Shown here: one piece after another, positions 55,667 to 64,000 of the stretch
Layout: each line of letters starts with the position of its first letter
Numbering within the stretch: the stretch's first letter is position 1
Assembly: GCA_044440125.1 (NCBI GenBank)
Contig: JBITAJ010000018.1
Coordinates: 32,001 to 96,000, forward strand
Direction: 5' to 3'
Source: Sedimentisphaeraceae bacterium JB056
GTDB lineage: Bacteria > Planctomycetota > Phycisphaerae > Sedimentisphaerales > Sedimentisphaeraceae
DNA length: 64,000 nucleotides
Program-made: the position numbers and the translations under genes
Notes under the pieces: model-generated
Database searches by the model: none
What the model was told of the DNA's origin: nothing
Seen by the model: the letters and a program-made list of their open reading frames with translations, nothing else

Positions 55667-57094
55667 ATGAAAAAAAGTAGTCTATTTATCATTTTAATAG
55701 CAACGTTGGTCGTGCCGTCCATGCTTATGGCAGACTTGCTGATGTATGAAGGTTTTGAGTATACCGCCGGCGAAACACTGGGCGGTAAAAGTGGAGGAAC
55801 AGGCTGGACAAGCTCCTGGAATACCAATCCACATATTATAGCCGCTGAAAGTCTTGACATGAGCAATCTTTTGTTCAGTCCTAAGGGCGGCAGTGTTTAC
55901 AGTGTTGGTTCTAATACAGCAAACCGTAATTTCCCTGCTATTGATCTTGCTGCAGATGGTACTTATTATGTAAGTTTCCTGTGTAAAAAGACAGGTTGGA
56001 CAGAGGCTACATCAGGTGAGTGGGGTGATATTCATTTCAGGTCTTCAGGTTGGGCAAGAGTTGCTACATGGAGCAATACAAGTAACGAAGAATTTGCTAC
56101 AGATAATATTGGCGGTACTGTTAAAGTTTCTGGTGCAGATACTTCAGAAGTCATTTTTATGATTGGCAAATTGGTTACTCGTGAAGTTGGAAATGATGAA
56201 ATATATTTGAAGGTATATGAAGAAGCAGACAGTATATCAACTGTTGAACCTTTAGCCTGGACGGTTTCCGGCGGCGTAGAAGACAACAGTGAAGTTGCTT
56301 CAATGTTCACTATATGGCCTGGAAGTTCTGAAGCGTTTACTTTTTATGTTGATGAAATCCGTGTAGGTACTCAATGGGCAGATGTTGTTGCACCGGCAGT
56401 TGACGGCAGAGTTGTTTATCTTGAGCCAAGTGAAGGTTCTGAGAATATTTCACCAGTGGATTTTGACTGGCATGCTCCGGCTGATATAGAATCACCAACT
56501 TATAAACTTTATTACAGCAGTACTCTTGGAGAAGTTGACCCTAACGATGCAACTCCGGATGTGTCTCCTGTCACTTTGACAGAATCAAGTTACGGTTCAG
56601 TAACTCTTGACTCTCCTGTTACTTACTACTGGCGTGTTGATGTAGTTGACGGTGCCGATGTTATAGTTGGTGATATAGCTTCTTTCGATACGATCGTTCC
56701 GATTTACCCTGTTGATCCTGTTGACGAGGCTATCAGTGTTGCACGTAACGTGACTCTTACATGGGATTCTCTCTTGCCTATAACAGGAAACTACGATGTC
56801 TATATGGGTGATTCAGAGGCGACATTATCTTATGTTGGTGAATCTACAGCGGAAAGCTATACACCGTCTGGTCTTCAGTGGGGACAGACTTACTACTGGC
56901 AGGTTGTTTATGATGACGGTGTAGATGTTATACAGAGTGTTGCCTGGAGCTTTACAGTAGCTGACGGACCTGTATGTGATGGTACACTTTTAGGTGATTT
57001 TAATGAAGATTGTCTGACAGACCTATCTGATTTCGCGGTAATTGCTGCAGAATGGATGAATTGTACGGCAACAAATGCTGATGATTGTCAGTAA
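55667..57094 (+). CDS. Secreted beta-rich protein with Fn3-like repeats and half-dockerin tail, paralog 1
   Basis: Signal peptide; YEGFEY..G..GG.GW...W, DEIR.GT.W, YYWRVD and YYWQV motifs. Tail GDFNEDCLTDLSDFAVIAAEWM. Confidence 0.75.
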   Translation: MKKSSLFIILIATLVVPSMLMADLLMYEGFEYTAGETLGGKSGGTGWTSSWNTNPHIIAAESLDMSNLLFSPKGGSVYSVGSNTANRNFPAIDLAADGTYYVSFLCKKTGWTEATSGEWGDIHFRSSGWARVATWSNTSNEEFATDNIGGTVKVSGADTSEVIFMIGKLVTREVGNDEIYLKVYEEADSISTVEPLAWTVSGGVEDNSEVASMFTIWPGSSEAFTFYVDEIRVGTQWADVVAPAVDGRVVYLEPSEGSENISPVDFDWHAPADIESPTYKLYYSSTLGEVDPNDATPDVSPVTLTESSYGSVTLDSPVTYYWRVDVVDGADVIVGDIASFDTIVPIYPVDPVDEAISVARNVTLTWDSLLPITGNYDVYMGDSEATLSYVGESTAESYTPSGLQWGQTYYWQVVYDDGVDVIQSVAWSFTVADGPVCDGTLLGDFNEDCLTDLSDFAVIAAEWMNCTATNADDCQ

Positions 57095-57147
57095 GTCATT
57101 AATCAATTAGAATTACTAACAGAAATAATATCTGAAAGGATTTAATA

Positions 57148-58566
57148 ATGAAAAAAATGAGTTTTATCATATTACTTACTTTGGCCGTTGTACCTATGAG
57201 TTTGATGGCTGATACACTTCTCTATGACGGTTTTGATTATTCCGCAGGTACTCTTACGGGTAATAACGGTGGCGATGGATGGAATGGCCAGTGGTGGGCC
57301 AACACATATAATGTTGTAGAAACATCTTTGGATATGCCTAACCTGTTATTTACTCCTGTTGGAGGTTCGGCAGAAGGTTACAGCGATATGAACAGAATGT
57401 ATCCTGGTGTAGACTTTTCTTCTGATGGCATTTATTATTTAAGCTATCTTTGCAAAAGAACAGGCTGGACATCAGCTTCTTCAGGTGAGTGGGCAGAAAT
57501 AGTATTACGTACAACTGACTATGCTTATCTGGCAAGTTGGGGAATATCAAGTGCTGAAAATTTCCAGACATCACAACTTGGAGCTACACAATCTTATCCA
57601 GGTGGCGATACAAGTGAGGTTCTTTTCCTTGTAGGCAAACTTATTACCAAGGCAAGCGGAAATGATGAAATATTCCTTCAGGTTTACACTTCAGCAGATT
57701 CAATCCCTACAGTTGAGCCTGAAGACTGGATGATTTCCGGTGGAGCAGAGGATGAAAGCCTTCTTTCTGAAAGATTTACAGTAAGAGCGGGCAGTGCTTC
57801 GGGTTATCTTGTTGGATATGATGAATTTCGTCTTACTACAACATGGGCTGATGCTGTGGCACCTGCGAAGGATGGAAGCATTGTTTATCTTACTCCTCAG
57901 AATTCAGCCGAGGCAGTAACTCCTGTTACTTTCACATGGCAGGGACCTGCAGCTATTGAAACTCCTACATATAAATTGTATTACAGCAGCACTCTTGGTG
58001 AAGTTGACCCTAACGATGTTACACCGGATATTGCACCTGTTACTCTGACAGAGACCACTTACGGACCGGCAAGTTTGGATATCAATACTGATTATTATTG
58101 GAGAGTTGATATTGTTGACGGAACAAATGTTATCGTTGGTAATATTGTAAGTTTTTCAACAATCCCGCCTATATTCCCAGTTGCTCCGGAAGATGGTGCT
58201 GTCGATCAGGCGAGAAATGTGACTCTCAGTTGGGATTCAGAGATTACACTTACCGGTAACTATCAAGTCTACATGGGTGATTCTGCCGAGACATTAAGTT
58301 ATGTTGGTATGTCAACGGGGACAAGCTTCTCTCCTGATTTCCTTGATTGGGGACAGACTTACTACTGGCAAGTAGTTTATGATGATGGTGTAGATGTAAT
58401 TGAGAGTTCTGTATGGAGCTTTACAGTTGATCCTACTATTGATTGTGATGGTACGCTGGTTGCTGATTTTGATGGTAACTGCATCACAAATACTGCTGAT
58501 CTGGCTATGATGGCAGAGCAGTGGCTTAATTGCACTATTATTAACGATAGTGACTGTAAGCAATAA
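57148..58566 (+). CDS. Secreted beta-rich protein with Fn3-like repeats and half-dockerin tail, paralog 2
   Basis: Colinear with 55667 and shares [18 protein letters not shown] and [18 protein letters not shown]. Tail [22 protein letters not shown]. Confidence 0.75.
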   Translation: MKKMSFIILLTLAVVPMSLMADTLLYDGFDYSAGTLTGNNGGDGWNGQWWANTYNVVETSLDMPNLLFTPVGGSAEGYSDMNRMYPGVDFSSDGIYYLSYLCKRTGWTSASSGEWAEIVLRTTDYAYLASWGISSAENFQTSQLGATQSYPGGDTSEVLFLVGKLITKASGNDEIFLQVYTSADSIPTVEPEDWMISGGAEDESLLSERFTVRAGSASGYLVGYDEFRLTTTWADAVAPAKDGSIVYLTPQNSAEAVTPVTFTWQGPAAIETPTYKLYYSSTLGEVDPNDVTPDIAPVTLTETTYGPASLDINTDYYWRVDIVDGTNVIVGNIVSFSTIPPIFPVAPEDGAVDQARNVTLSWDSEITLTGNYQVYMGDSAETLSYVGMSTGTSFSPDFLDWGQTYYWQVVYDDGVDVIESSVWSFTVDPTIDCDGTLVADFDGNCITNTADLAMMAEQWLNCTIINDSDCKQ

Positions 58567-58578
58567 AAGAATATTGTC

Positions 58579-58604
58579 GGTTGGGGAAGTCTACTTCCCC
58601 AACC
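58579..58604. terminator. Perfect hairpin after the tandem paralogs
   Basis: GGTTGGGGAAGT-CT-ACTTCCCCAACC. No U-tract on the + strand. Confidence 0.55.
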
Positions 58605-58706
58605 ATAAAAATGAATTTATATGGTGCTGAAATTTATAGGCATTGTTTGCAAGAAATGTTAAAATACAATATGATGGCTTCTTTAACAGGTATAGCGAGG
58701 GCTAAA

Positions 58707-59537
58707 ATGGGAAATAAAAAAGGTTTCACACTAATCGAGTTGCTGGTAGTAATATCTATAATTGCGGTACTTATGTCCATTTTAATGCCTTCATTACAAA
58801 AGGTAAGGCAAATGGCTAAACTGACTATATGTCAGTCCAACCTTAAACAGATAGCACAGGCGGCGATACTTTATGCATCTGAGATGGATGGCAAGTTTCC
58901 GCCAAGTATAGTTTTGAGACAGGACCAGAGCAGCTTTAACTGGCCCTCATTTATGGCTTATCAGCCAACATCAACTTTTCCTGAAAATCATCCGCTAACA
59001 AATCCAGAACAGAGGATACTTTCAAATTATCTTGGAGAACGAGTTGGTGATGGCGAGATATTCTATTGTCCGCTATCTCCTCCATCACACAGAGAATATA
59101 TTGTAAACCTGTATGATGATATTAATTATCCTAATACTTCTGGTTTCGGTTCTTATACCTGTTCATATGGCATATACTGGGGTGGATATACTTTCTATAC
59201 TCAGGATAGTACAAAAGAAATAGTTTATGCAAAAAATCTTAGTAGCAAACCAACTGATATTTTATGTGCAGATATAACATATACAGCGAGAGACTCTGAG
59301 GTAAGTGCAACCCATAAATTTGATGGTGGTACAGAGAGTAATTCAGCGGGAATCTGGAAATCAAGTTCAGTTAGAACTGGTGTTGATGCTATAACATCTT
59401 CGAATTTTAAGACTGATTATGTTTTCCTTGACGGCCATGTTGAGTCAGTTAAAGGTAATGACACTGATTGGCTGGCTACCACACCAAATTCTGATTATAA
59501 CAGGTTTTATTTTCCAGAAATCAGTACAAGACGATAA
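58707..59537 (+). CDS. Prepilin-type N-terminal cleavage/methylation protein, expanded H...DG motif
   Basis: [61 protein letters not shown] before ATG 58707. Confidence 0.93.
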   Translation: MGNKKGFTLIELLVVISIIAVLMSILMPSLQKVRQMAKLTICQSNLKQIAQAAILYASEMDGKFPPSIVLRQDQSSFNWPSFMAYQPTSTFPENHPLTNPEQRILSNYLGERVGDGEIFYCPLSPPSHREYIVNLYDDINYPNTSGFGSYTCSYGIYWGGYTFYTQDSTKEIVYAKNLSSKPTDILCADITYTARDSEVSATHKFDGGTESNSAGIWKSSSVRTGVDAITSSNFKTDYVFLDGHVESVKGNDTDWLATTPNSDYNRFYFPEISTRR

Positions 59538-59571
59538 AAAAAACAAGATATCAGTATACGGAAGTTTATTA

Positions 59572-62500
59572 ATGTATTTAGTATTGCGCAGATTCCAATT
59601 CACATTTTTAATTTTATTTATCGCAGCACTTACATGTCACAGCAGCATTGCATCAGAAGTTGTCTGGAATTTTGATAACAGTACTGATTGTGAAGGCTTG
59701 TGCAGCGTAATTGCTGAAAGAAATGTTGATTTTGCAGAAGGTTTTGGCGGCAAAACTGCAGCAAAGTTTGGCGGAGAATCATTTCTTAAAGTTTCACTGG
59801 ATGAGTTGAATATTGATAATCAGCTTACTATTGAAGCTTTGATAAAAATCGAAAAATCTGTTGATGGCATAGGCAACTATATAATTTCTGCATGCAGCAG
59901 TAAAGCACCTGATACACTGCAATATGGGTTGCGGTTGACTGATGGTTGTCTGCAATTTGTAATGCGTTTCAAGAAAGCTGAAGGGTTCAGCTATAAAGGT
60001 GTTCAGACTACTGCCTCTTTACCACTTGATAAGTGGGTATATGTGTGTGCCGTTAAAAGTGACAGCGAGATGAAGCTTTTTGTTAACGGTTCACTCAAGG
60101 CAACAAGAACTATTGATGCACATTTGCTTGATGCGGATGTTCTTTATATTGGTCAGGAAAATAGCGGAAGCCGATTGCAGCGAAGTCTTAATGGTATGAT
60201 TGGTGAATTGAAATTGATATCTTCTGCCGAGAGTGATCGTTCCATTGCTCAAGAGTATTCGGAAATATCTTCTGATTTTCTGGGAATCAAAAGCGTTGGG
60301 AAAACTCATTATTTCAGTTTCAAAGTTCCTGAAAAAGATCCGAGATTTCCTGATGGACCATCAAGGCTCAAGCTTGACTTTAATTATCTTGAAGCCGTTC
60401 TCGGTGAATCGATAAATCTTGACCCTGAAACAATCAAATTGGTTAAGTGGAATAAAACTGATAATCTTCCACTTAAAGAAGTTGATTTTCGCAGAACTTA
60501 TGATTTGCAAAATTCTTCCGCAATTATTTACTGGAACACAGAACAATATTTCAATTTTGCGGTGGAGATAAGCGAGTATAGTTTTGAACAGGAAAGTCTC
60601 AAACAAAATATACCAATGATAGGAGCTGGTGAGCCAATTTCCGTTGGCAGTAATGATTTCTATGCTGATCTTGGTCAGGGACTTGCCGGCTATCCTATTG
60701 TGCTTGACTGGGATGGTGACAAGGATATGGATTTGATAGTGTCGTTTGTGATACCAAGGAGAATTTTTCTTTTTGAAAATATCGCTGATGATATTAATTG
60801 TGAACCGGTATTTGATGCTCCTGTAATGATATGGCAAGGCAAATCACTGTTGACTTTTGATGTTTCTCAAGAGCCTGACGGTGGAATATATGCCTTTACG
60901 GTAAAGAAGAAAAATGCCGGCTTGTTATGGGAAAGCGAACAGAAGCCTTTTATAGAACTGCAAATATCCAAAAGTGTTGAAGAATTTGGAGAAGCAGTTT
61001 TAAAAGATATAAATTCCGTGAAAGTTTTTGGATTACCGGCGGCAGCAAATGTTTTTGAGATATCGATGCAGGATATTAACGGTGATGGTGTTAACGATCT
61101 TGTAATGGGTGTGCTTGAAGGTATATGGTGGTGGCCGGATGGACTTACTCCATGGAATGGCGGTATCGGTAATCCCAAAGTTGGGTACGGCAAGGGGTAT
61201 GATAAGACGAATAAATGGCTTGGTAAGCCCCCGATAGGTTCTGTTTATATTGCCGTAAATAATGGAAGTAACGTTTCTCCTCAGTTTACAGAAGCTCAGT
61301 TGCTGAAAGTTGATGATGAACCTATAACAATGCCGACTACGCAAATGTCTCCATCGTTTGTTGATATGAATGGTGATGGAAGTCTTGATTTACTTTTGGC
61401 TGTTGGTGTTGACAAAATATTGTTGTATGAGAATTTCAGCAAAGACAAAAATACGCTCAAGCTTACTATGCCGGTTAATGCATTGAAAGAAACTGCTGTT
61501 TCAAAGTGGAGTTATTTTGACAGTCGTTTTGAGATAACTGATTGGGACAATGATAATAATACAGATATTATTATGTGTTCTAACCCCGGAGTTGTAGTAA
61601 AATGCAGTATTGACAATGGCAAACTCTCAGAAGATAAAATCCTGAAATGCAGAGGTGGGAATCTTTGGGCAGATTCTCTTGTTGTTCCAAGTATTGCCGA
61701 CCTTAATCAGGATGGTAAGTGGGATGTGATAACAGGGGATGCTTCCGGTTATTTGAGTTACTTCGCCAATGTCGGAACAAACTCAGAGCCGTTATTTGCA
61801 TCTCGTGAAAAATTGTATGCCGGCGGCAGAGAATTTCATCCGATAGCGGCATACAGCGGTTCTATTCAGGGACCAAGTGAAGCAAGATGGGGTTATCTTG
61901 CTCCTAATGCATGCGATTGGGATGGTGATGGTGATATTGATATCTTAACAAGTGATATAACCGGCTATGTTTACTGGCTCTGTAATATGGCAGAAGAAAA
62001 AGGTGAATATAAGTTTAGTGATCCTATTGCTCTCGAAGTTGGAAGCTGGCCGCTTAAAGTTAGGTGGCGAACTCGTCCATGCGTAATTCAAGGTGAGTCT
62101 TCACTTAATATGATAACAACAGATGAAGACGGTTATCTTGCTCTGTATGAGCGGAATCCGATTATGGGTAAATCGAATCTTAAAAAAGCTCAACGATTGC
62201 TTGATGAAGCGGGCAATGAGATAAAGATAGACGGGCCTGGTGGATATAACGGCAGAAACAAACTTTACTCAATCGACTGGAACAGAGATGGAGTGATGGA
62301 TATTGTTTGCGGGCAGGCAGGAAGAAGCGGCATAAGCAAGAATTTGAAATTTGATATGCCCAGAGAACCGCGTGCTACAGTGGCTGTTTTGATTAACAGC
62401 GGCAGCAATGATGTTCCTGTTTATAAAACAGCCCAAACATTAAAGCTTGCTAATGGAGAAAATATATATTTTGGAACGCACTCATGTGCTCCTGCAGTAT

Positions 62501-62628
62501 ATGATTTTGATGGTGATGGCTGGGATGATTTAATGATTGGAGAAGAGACCGGTTGGGTTTGCTGCTATAATCGCAGCCTATTTGAAGATAAATCACGGTT
62601 TGTGAATATACCTATGGATATTGAATAA
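59572..62628 (+). CDS. Secreted LamG + FG-GAP/VCBS beta-propeller protein
   Basis: Signal peptide after ATG 59572; LamG (W.F..W.YV..LFVNG..IGQ); repeats DWDGDKDMD, DINGDG, DMNGDG, DLNQDG, DWDGDG, DWNRDG and DFDGDG. Confidence 0.82.
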   Translation: MYLVLRRFQFTFLILFIAALTCHSSIASEVVWNFDNSTDCEGLCSVIAERNVDFAEGFGGKTAAKFGGESFLKVSLDELNIDNQLTIEALIKIEKSVDGIGNYIISACSSKAPDTLQYGLRLTDGCLQFVMRFKKAEGFSYKGVQTTASLPLDKWVYVCAVKSDSEMKLFVNGSLKATRTIDAHLLDADVLYIGQENSGSRLQRSLNGMIGELKLISSAESDRSIAQEYSEISSDFLGIKSVGKTHYFSFKVPEKDPRFPDGPSRLKLDFNYLEAVLGESINLDPETIKLVKWNKTDNLPLKEVDFRRTYDLQNSSAIIYWNTEQYFNFAVEISEYSFEQESLKQNIPMIGAGEPISVGSNDFYADLGQGLAGYPIVLDWDGDKDMDLIVSFVIPRRIFLFENIADDINCEPVFDAPVMIWQGKSLLTFDVSQEPDGGIYAFTVKKKNAGLLWESEQKPFIELQISKSVEEFGEAVLKDINSVKVFGLPAAANVFEISMQDINGDGVNDLVMGVLEGIWWWPDGLTPWNGGIGNPKVGYGKGYDKTNKWLGKPPIGSVYIAVNNGSNVSPQFTEAQLLKVDDEPITMPTTQMSPSFVDMNGDGSLDLLLAVGVDKILLYENFSKDKNTLKLTMPVNALKETAVSKWSYFDSRFEITDWDNDNNTDIIMCSNPGVVVKCSIDNGKLSEDKILKCRGGNLWADSLVVPSIADLNQDGKWDVITGDASGYLSYFANVGTNSEPLFASREKLYAGGREFHPIAAYSGSIQGPSEARWGYLAPNACDWDGDGDIDILTSDITGYVYWLCNMAEEKGEYKFSDPIALEVGSWPLKVRWRTRPCVIQGESSLNMITTDEDGYLALYERNPIMGKSNLKKAQRLLDEAGNEIKIDGPGGYNGRNKLYSIDWNRDGVMDIVCGQAGRSGISKNLKFDMPREPRATVAVLINSGSNDVPVYKTAQTLKLANGENIYFGTHSCAPAVYDFDGDGWDDLMIGEETGWVCCYNRSLFEDKSRFVNIPMDIE

Positions 62629-62661
62629 GTTTATACTTGTTAACAGCAATTGAAAGATATT

Positions 62662-63606
62662 ATGATGAATAGTGAAATTAAAGACGGCATTTGGCCTGTG
62701 ATGGTTACACCTTTTGATGAAGGAATGAATGTTGTTTATGATACAGTGGATCATATTGTTGATTTTTATTATAACAACGGATGTGCAGGTGTTTTTGCTA
62801 CGTGTCTTACAAGTGAGGTAGCGGATCTGTCGTATGATGAGATACTCGAACTTGTCAAGGCAACTGTCAAATCTGCGAGTGGACGCTTGCAGGTTGTAGG
62901 TGGTGCGATACTTTTTGAAAATGTTGAAAGACAGATAGAACTTGTAAAACATGTTTATGATTGTGGTGCTCATGCTGTTGTCGTTGCGGCAAGTCAATTG
63001 TGCGGCAAAAATGACAGTGTTGATACATTCAAGGCTAACATCACAAAATTAATGGATGAGACAGGAGATATTCCTTTGGGTATGTATGAGTGTCCATTCC
63101 CTTATCACAGGATTCTTTCGCCGGAAACTTATTTGTGGCTTGCCAAGACAGGACGCTTTGTGTTTCATAAAGATACCTGTTGCAACATTGATGGTATCAA
63201 AGAAAAACTTACGCTTTCGGCCGGTACAAAGATGAAATTTTTCAATGCTCATTGTGCAACATTGCTCGACTCTTTAGCTTGCGGTGGTAATGGCTATTGC
63301 GGTGTTGGTACAAACTATTATCCTGAAATTTTCAGTTGGCTTTTTGAAAATTACAATTCTGCTGATCCGGCACTTGTGAAGAAAGTTTACGATTTTGCCA
63401 AGGATTCTGAATCTTACTATGATCTTTGCGATGCCTATCCGGCCACAGCTAAGGAATTGCTGAAAAATCGTGGTATTGATATAGAGGATTATTGCAGAAT
63501 TAAAACAGGTAAGCTTGATAAGATTGCATGTGAACAATTACAGCAATTGGCTGAAAAAATAGTCCATATTAGAGAAAGCTTCAATACATATTGCTGTGCG
63601 GTATAA
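62662..63606 (+). CDS. DHDPS/NAL-family class I aldolase/lyase, paralog of 52120
   Basis: GIWPVMVTPF, CLTSE, MYECPFPY, FHKDTCC and NAH motifs. Confidence 0.88.
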   Translation: MMNSEIKDGIWPVMVTPFDEGMNVVYDTVDHIVDFYYNNGCAGVFATCLTSEVADLSYDEILELVKATVKSASGRLQVVGGAILFENVERQIELVKHVYDCGAHAVVVAASQLCGKNDSVDTFKANITKLMDETGDIPLGMYECPFPYHRILSPETYLWLAKTGRFVFHKDTCCNIDGIKEKLTLSAGTKMKFFNAHCATLLDSLACGGNGYCGVGTNYYPEIFSWLFENYNSADPALVKKVYDFAKDSESYYDLCDAYPATAKELLKNRGIDIEDYCRIKTGKLDKIACEQLQQLAEKIVHIRESFNTYCCAV

Positions 63607-63678
63607 ATTATATCAGTGCGTATTACTGAATTTAATTTTGCCGTGAATATATAATTTGTTTAATGGATAATTTTGCTG

Positions 63679-64000
63679 ATGCTATCACTTATAATTCGTC
63701 CTTTGGATATTGCTGTCATTCTTTTGTTTTTGGTAGGAATGGCGGCAGTAGGTGTATATTTTGCGACCCGTAACAAAAGTACTGAGGATTATTTTCTCGG
63801 TAATCGCTCGTTTCCGGGATGGGCTATCGGTCTTTCAATGCTTGGAACGTCGATAAGCTCCGTAACTTTTCTTGCTTTGCCCGCTGCTGCGTTTGTTCTT
63901 GATTATAGAAATATTGTGCCCAATCTTATGCTGCCTTTTGTAGCGGTTGCGGCTATATTGATTTTTATACCTATTTTCAGGAAAGGTCGAATTACTTCGG
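63679..64000 (+). CDS. Sodium:solute symporter, 5' part (runs off window end)
   Basis: Not in ORF track. Manual translation MLSLIIRPLDIAVILLFLVGMAAVGVYFATRNKSTEDYFLGNRSFPGWAIGLSMLGTSISSVTFLALPAAAFVLD; close paralog of 38819-40339. Confidence 0.92.
   Translation, partial: MLSLIIRPLDIAVILLFLVGMAAVGVYFATRNKSTEDYFLGNRSFPGWAIGLSMLGTSISSVTFLALPAAAFVLDYRNIVPNLMLPFVAVAAILIFIPIFRKGRITS

Noticed and set aside
58581..58706. N-terminal extension of pilin 3, and similar extensions at 5424, 8061, 16915, 24874, 45153 and 59419
   Set aside because: These starts fall in hairpins, REPs or upstream genes. Downstream ATGs give a proper RBS, signal peptide or prepilin leader.

Overview
Bacterial 64-kb carbohydrate/amino-sugar utilisation region using the standard code. 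By inference it comes from a PVC-superphylum organism, most like anaerobic Phycisphaerae (Sedimentisphaerales-type): it has prepilin-type H-X9-DG proteins, LamG proteins with a C-terminal half-dockerin tail and many sulfatases, and no SusC/TonB genes. The window starts in transketolase. Next is a probably TetR-controlled catabolic cluster (three Gfo/Idh/MocA oxidoreductases, FAH hydrolase, 2-hydroxyacid dehydrogenase, class III aminotransferase, M20 deacylase, Zn dehydrogenase, Glu dehydrogenase, SDR epimerase, DUF1961-like protein, serine dehydratase). About 48 kb of polysaccharide-utilisation-like genes follow: 4 sulfatases, 3 sodium:solute symporters, 3 sialidase-like propellers, lyase-like proteins, CE7, GH1, GH130, 2 DHDPS-family aldolases and GntR/LacI regulators. 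The most striking structure is a cassette repeated three times: dockerin-tailed secreted protein(s), then a variable prepilin-like protein, then a secreted enzyme-like protein. It may act as a pilus-based counterpart of Bacteroidota SusC/D. Other observations: a DUF1961-like domain in frame with a 1.26-kaa lyase-like gene across a single TGA, a candidate TetR regulon, REP-like palindromes with heptamer arrays, and a probably leaderless LacI gene. No rRNA, tRNA, CRISPR array or transposase was seen. All family calls come from motif recognition by eye, with no database search, and many starts were moved downstream of the ORF-track starts.
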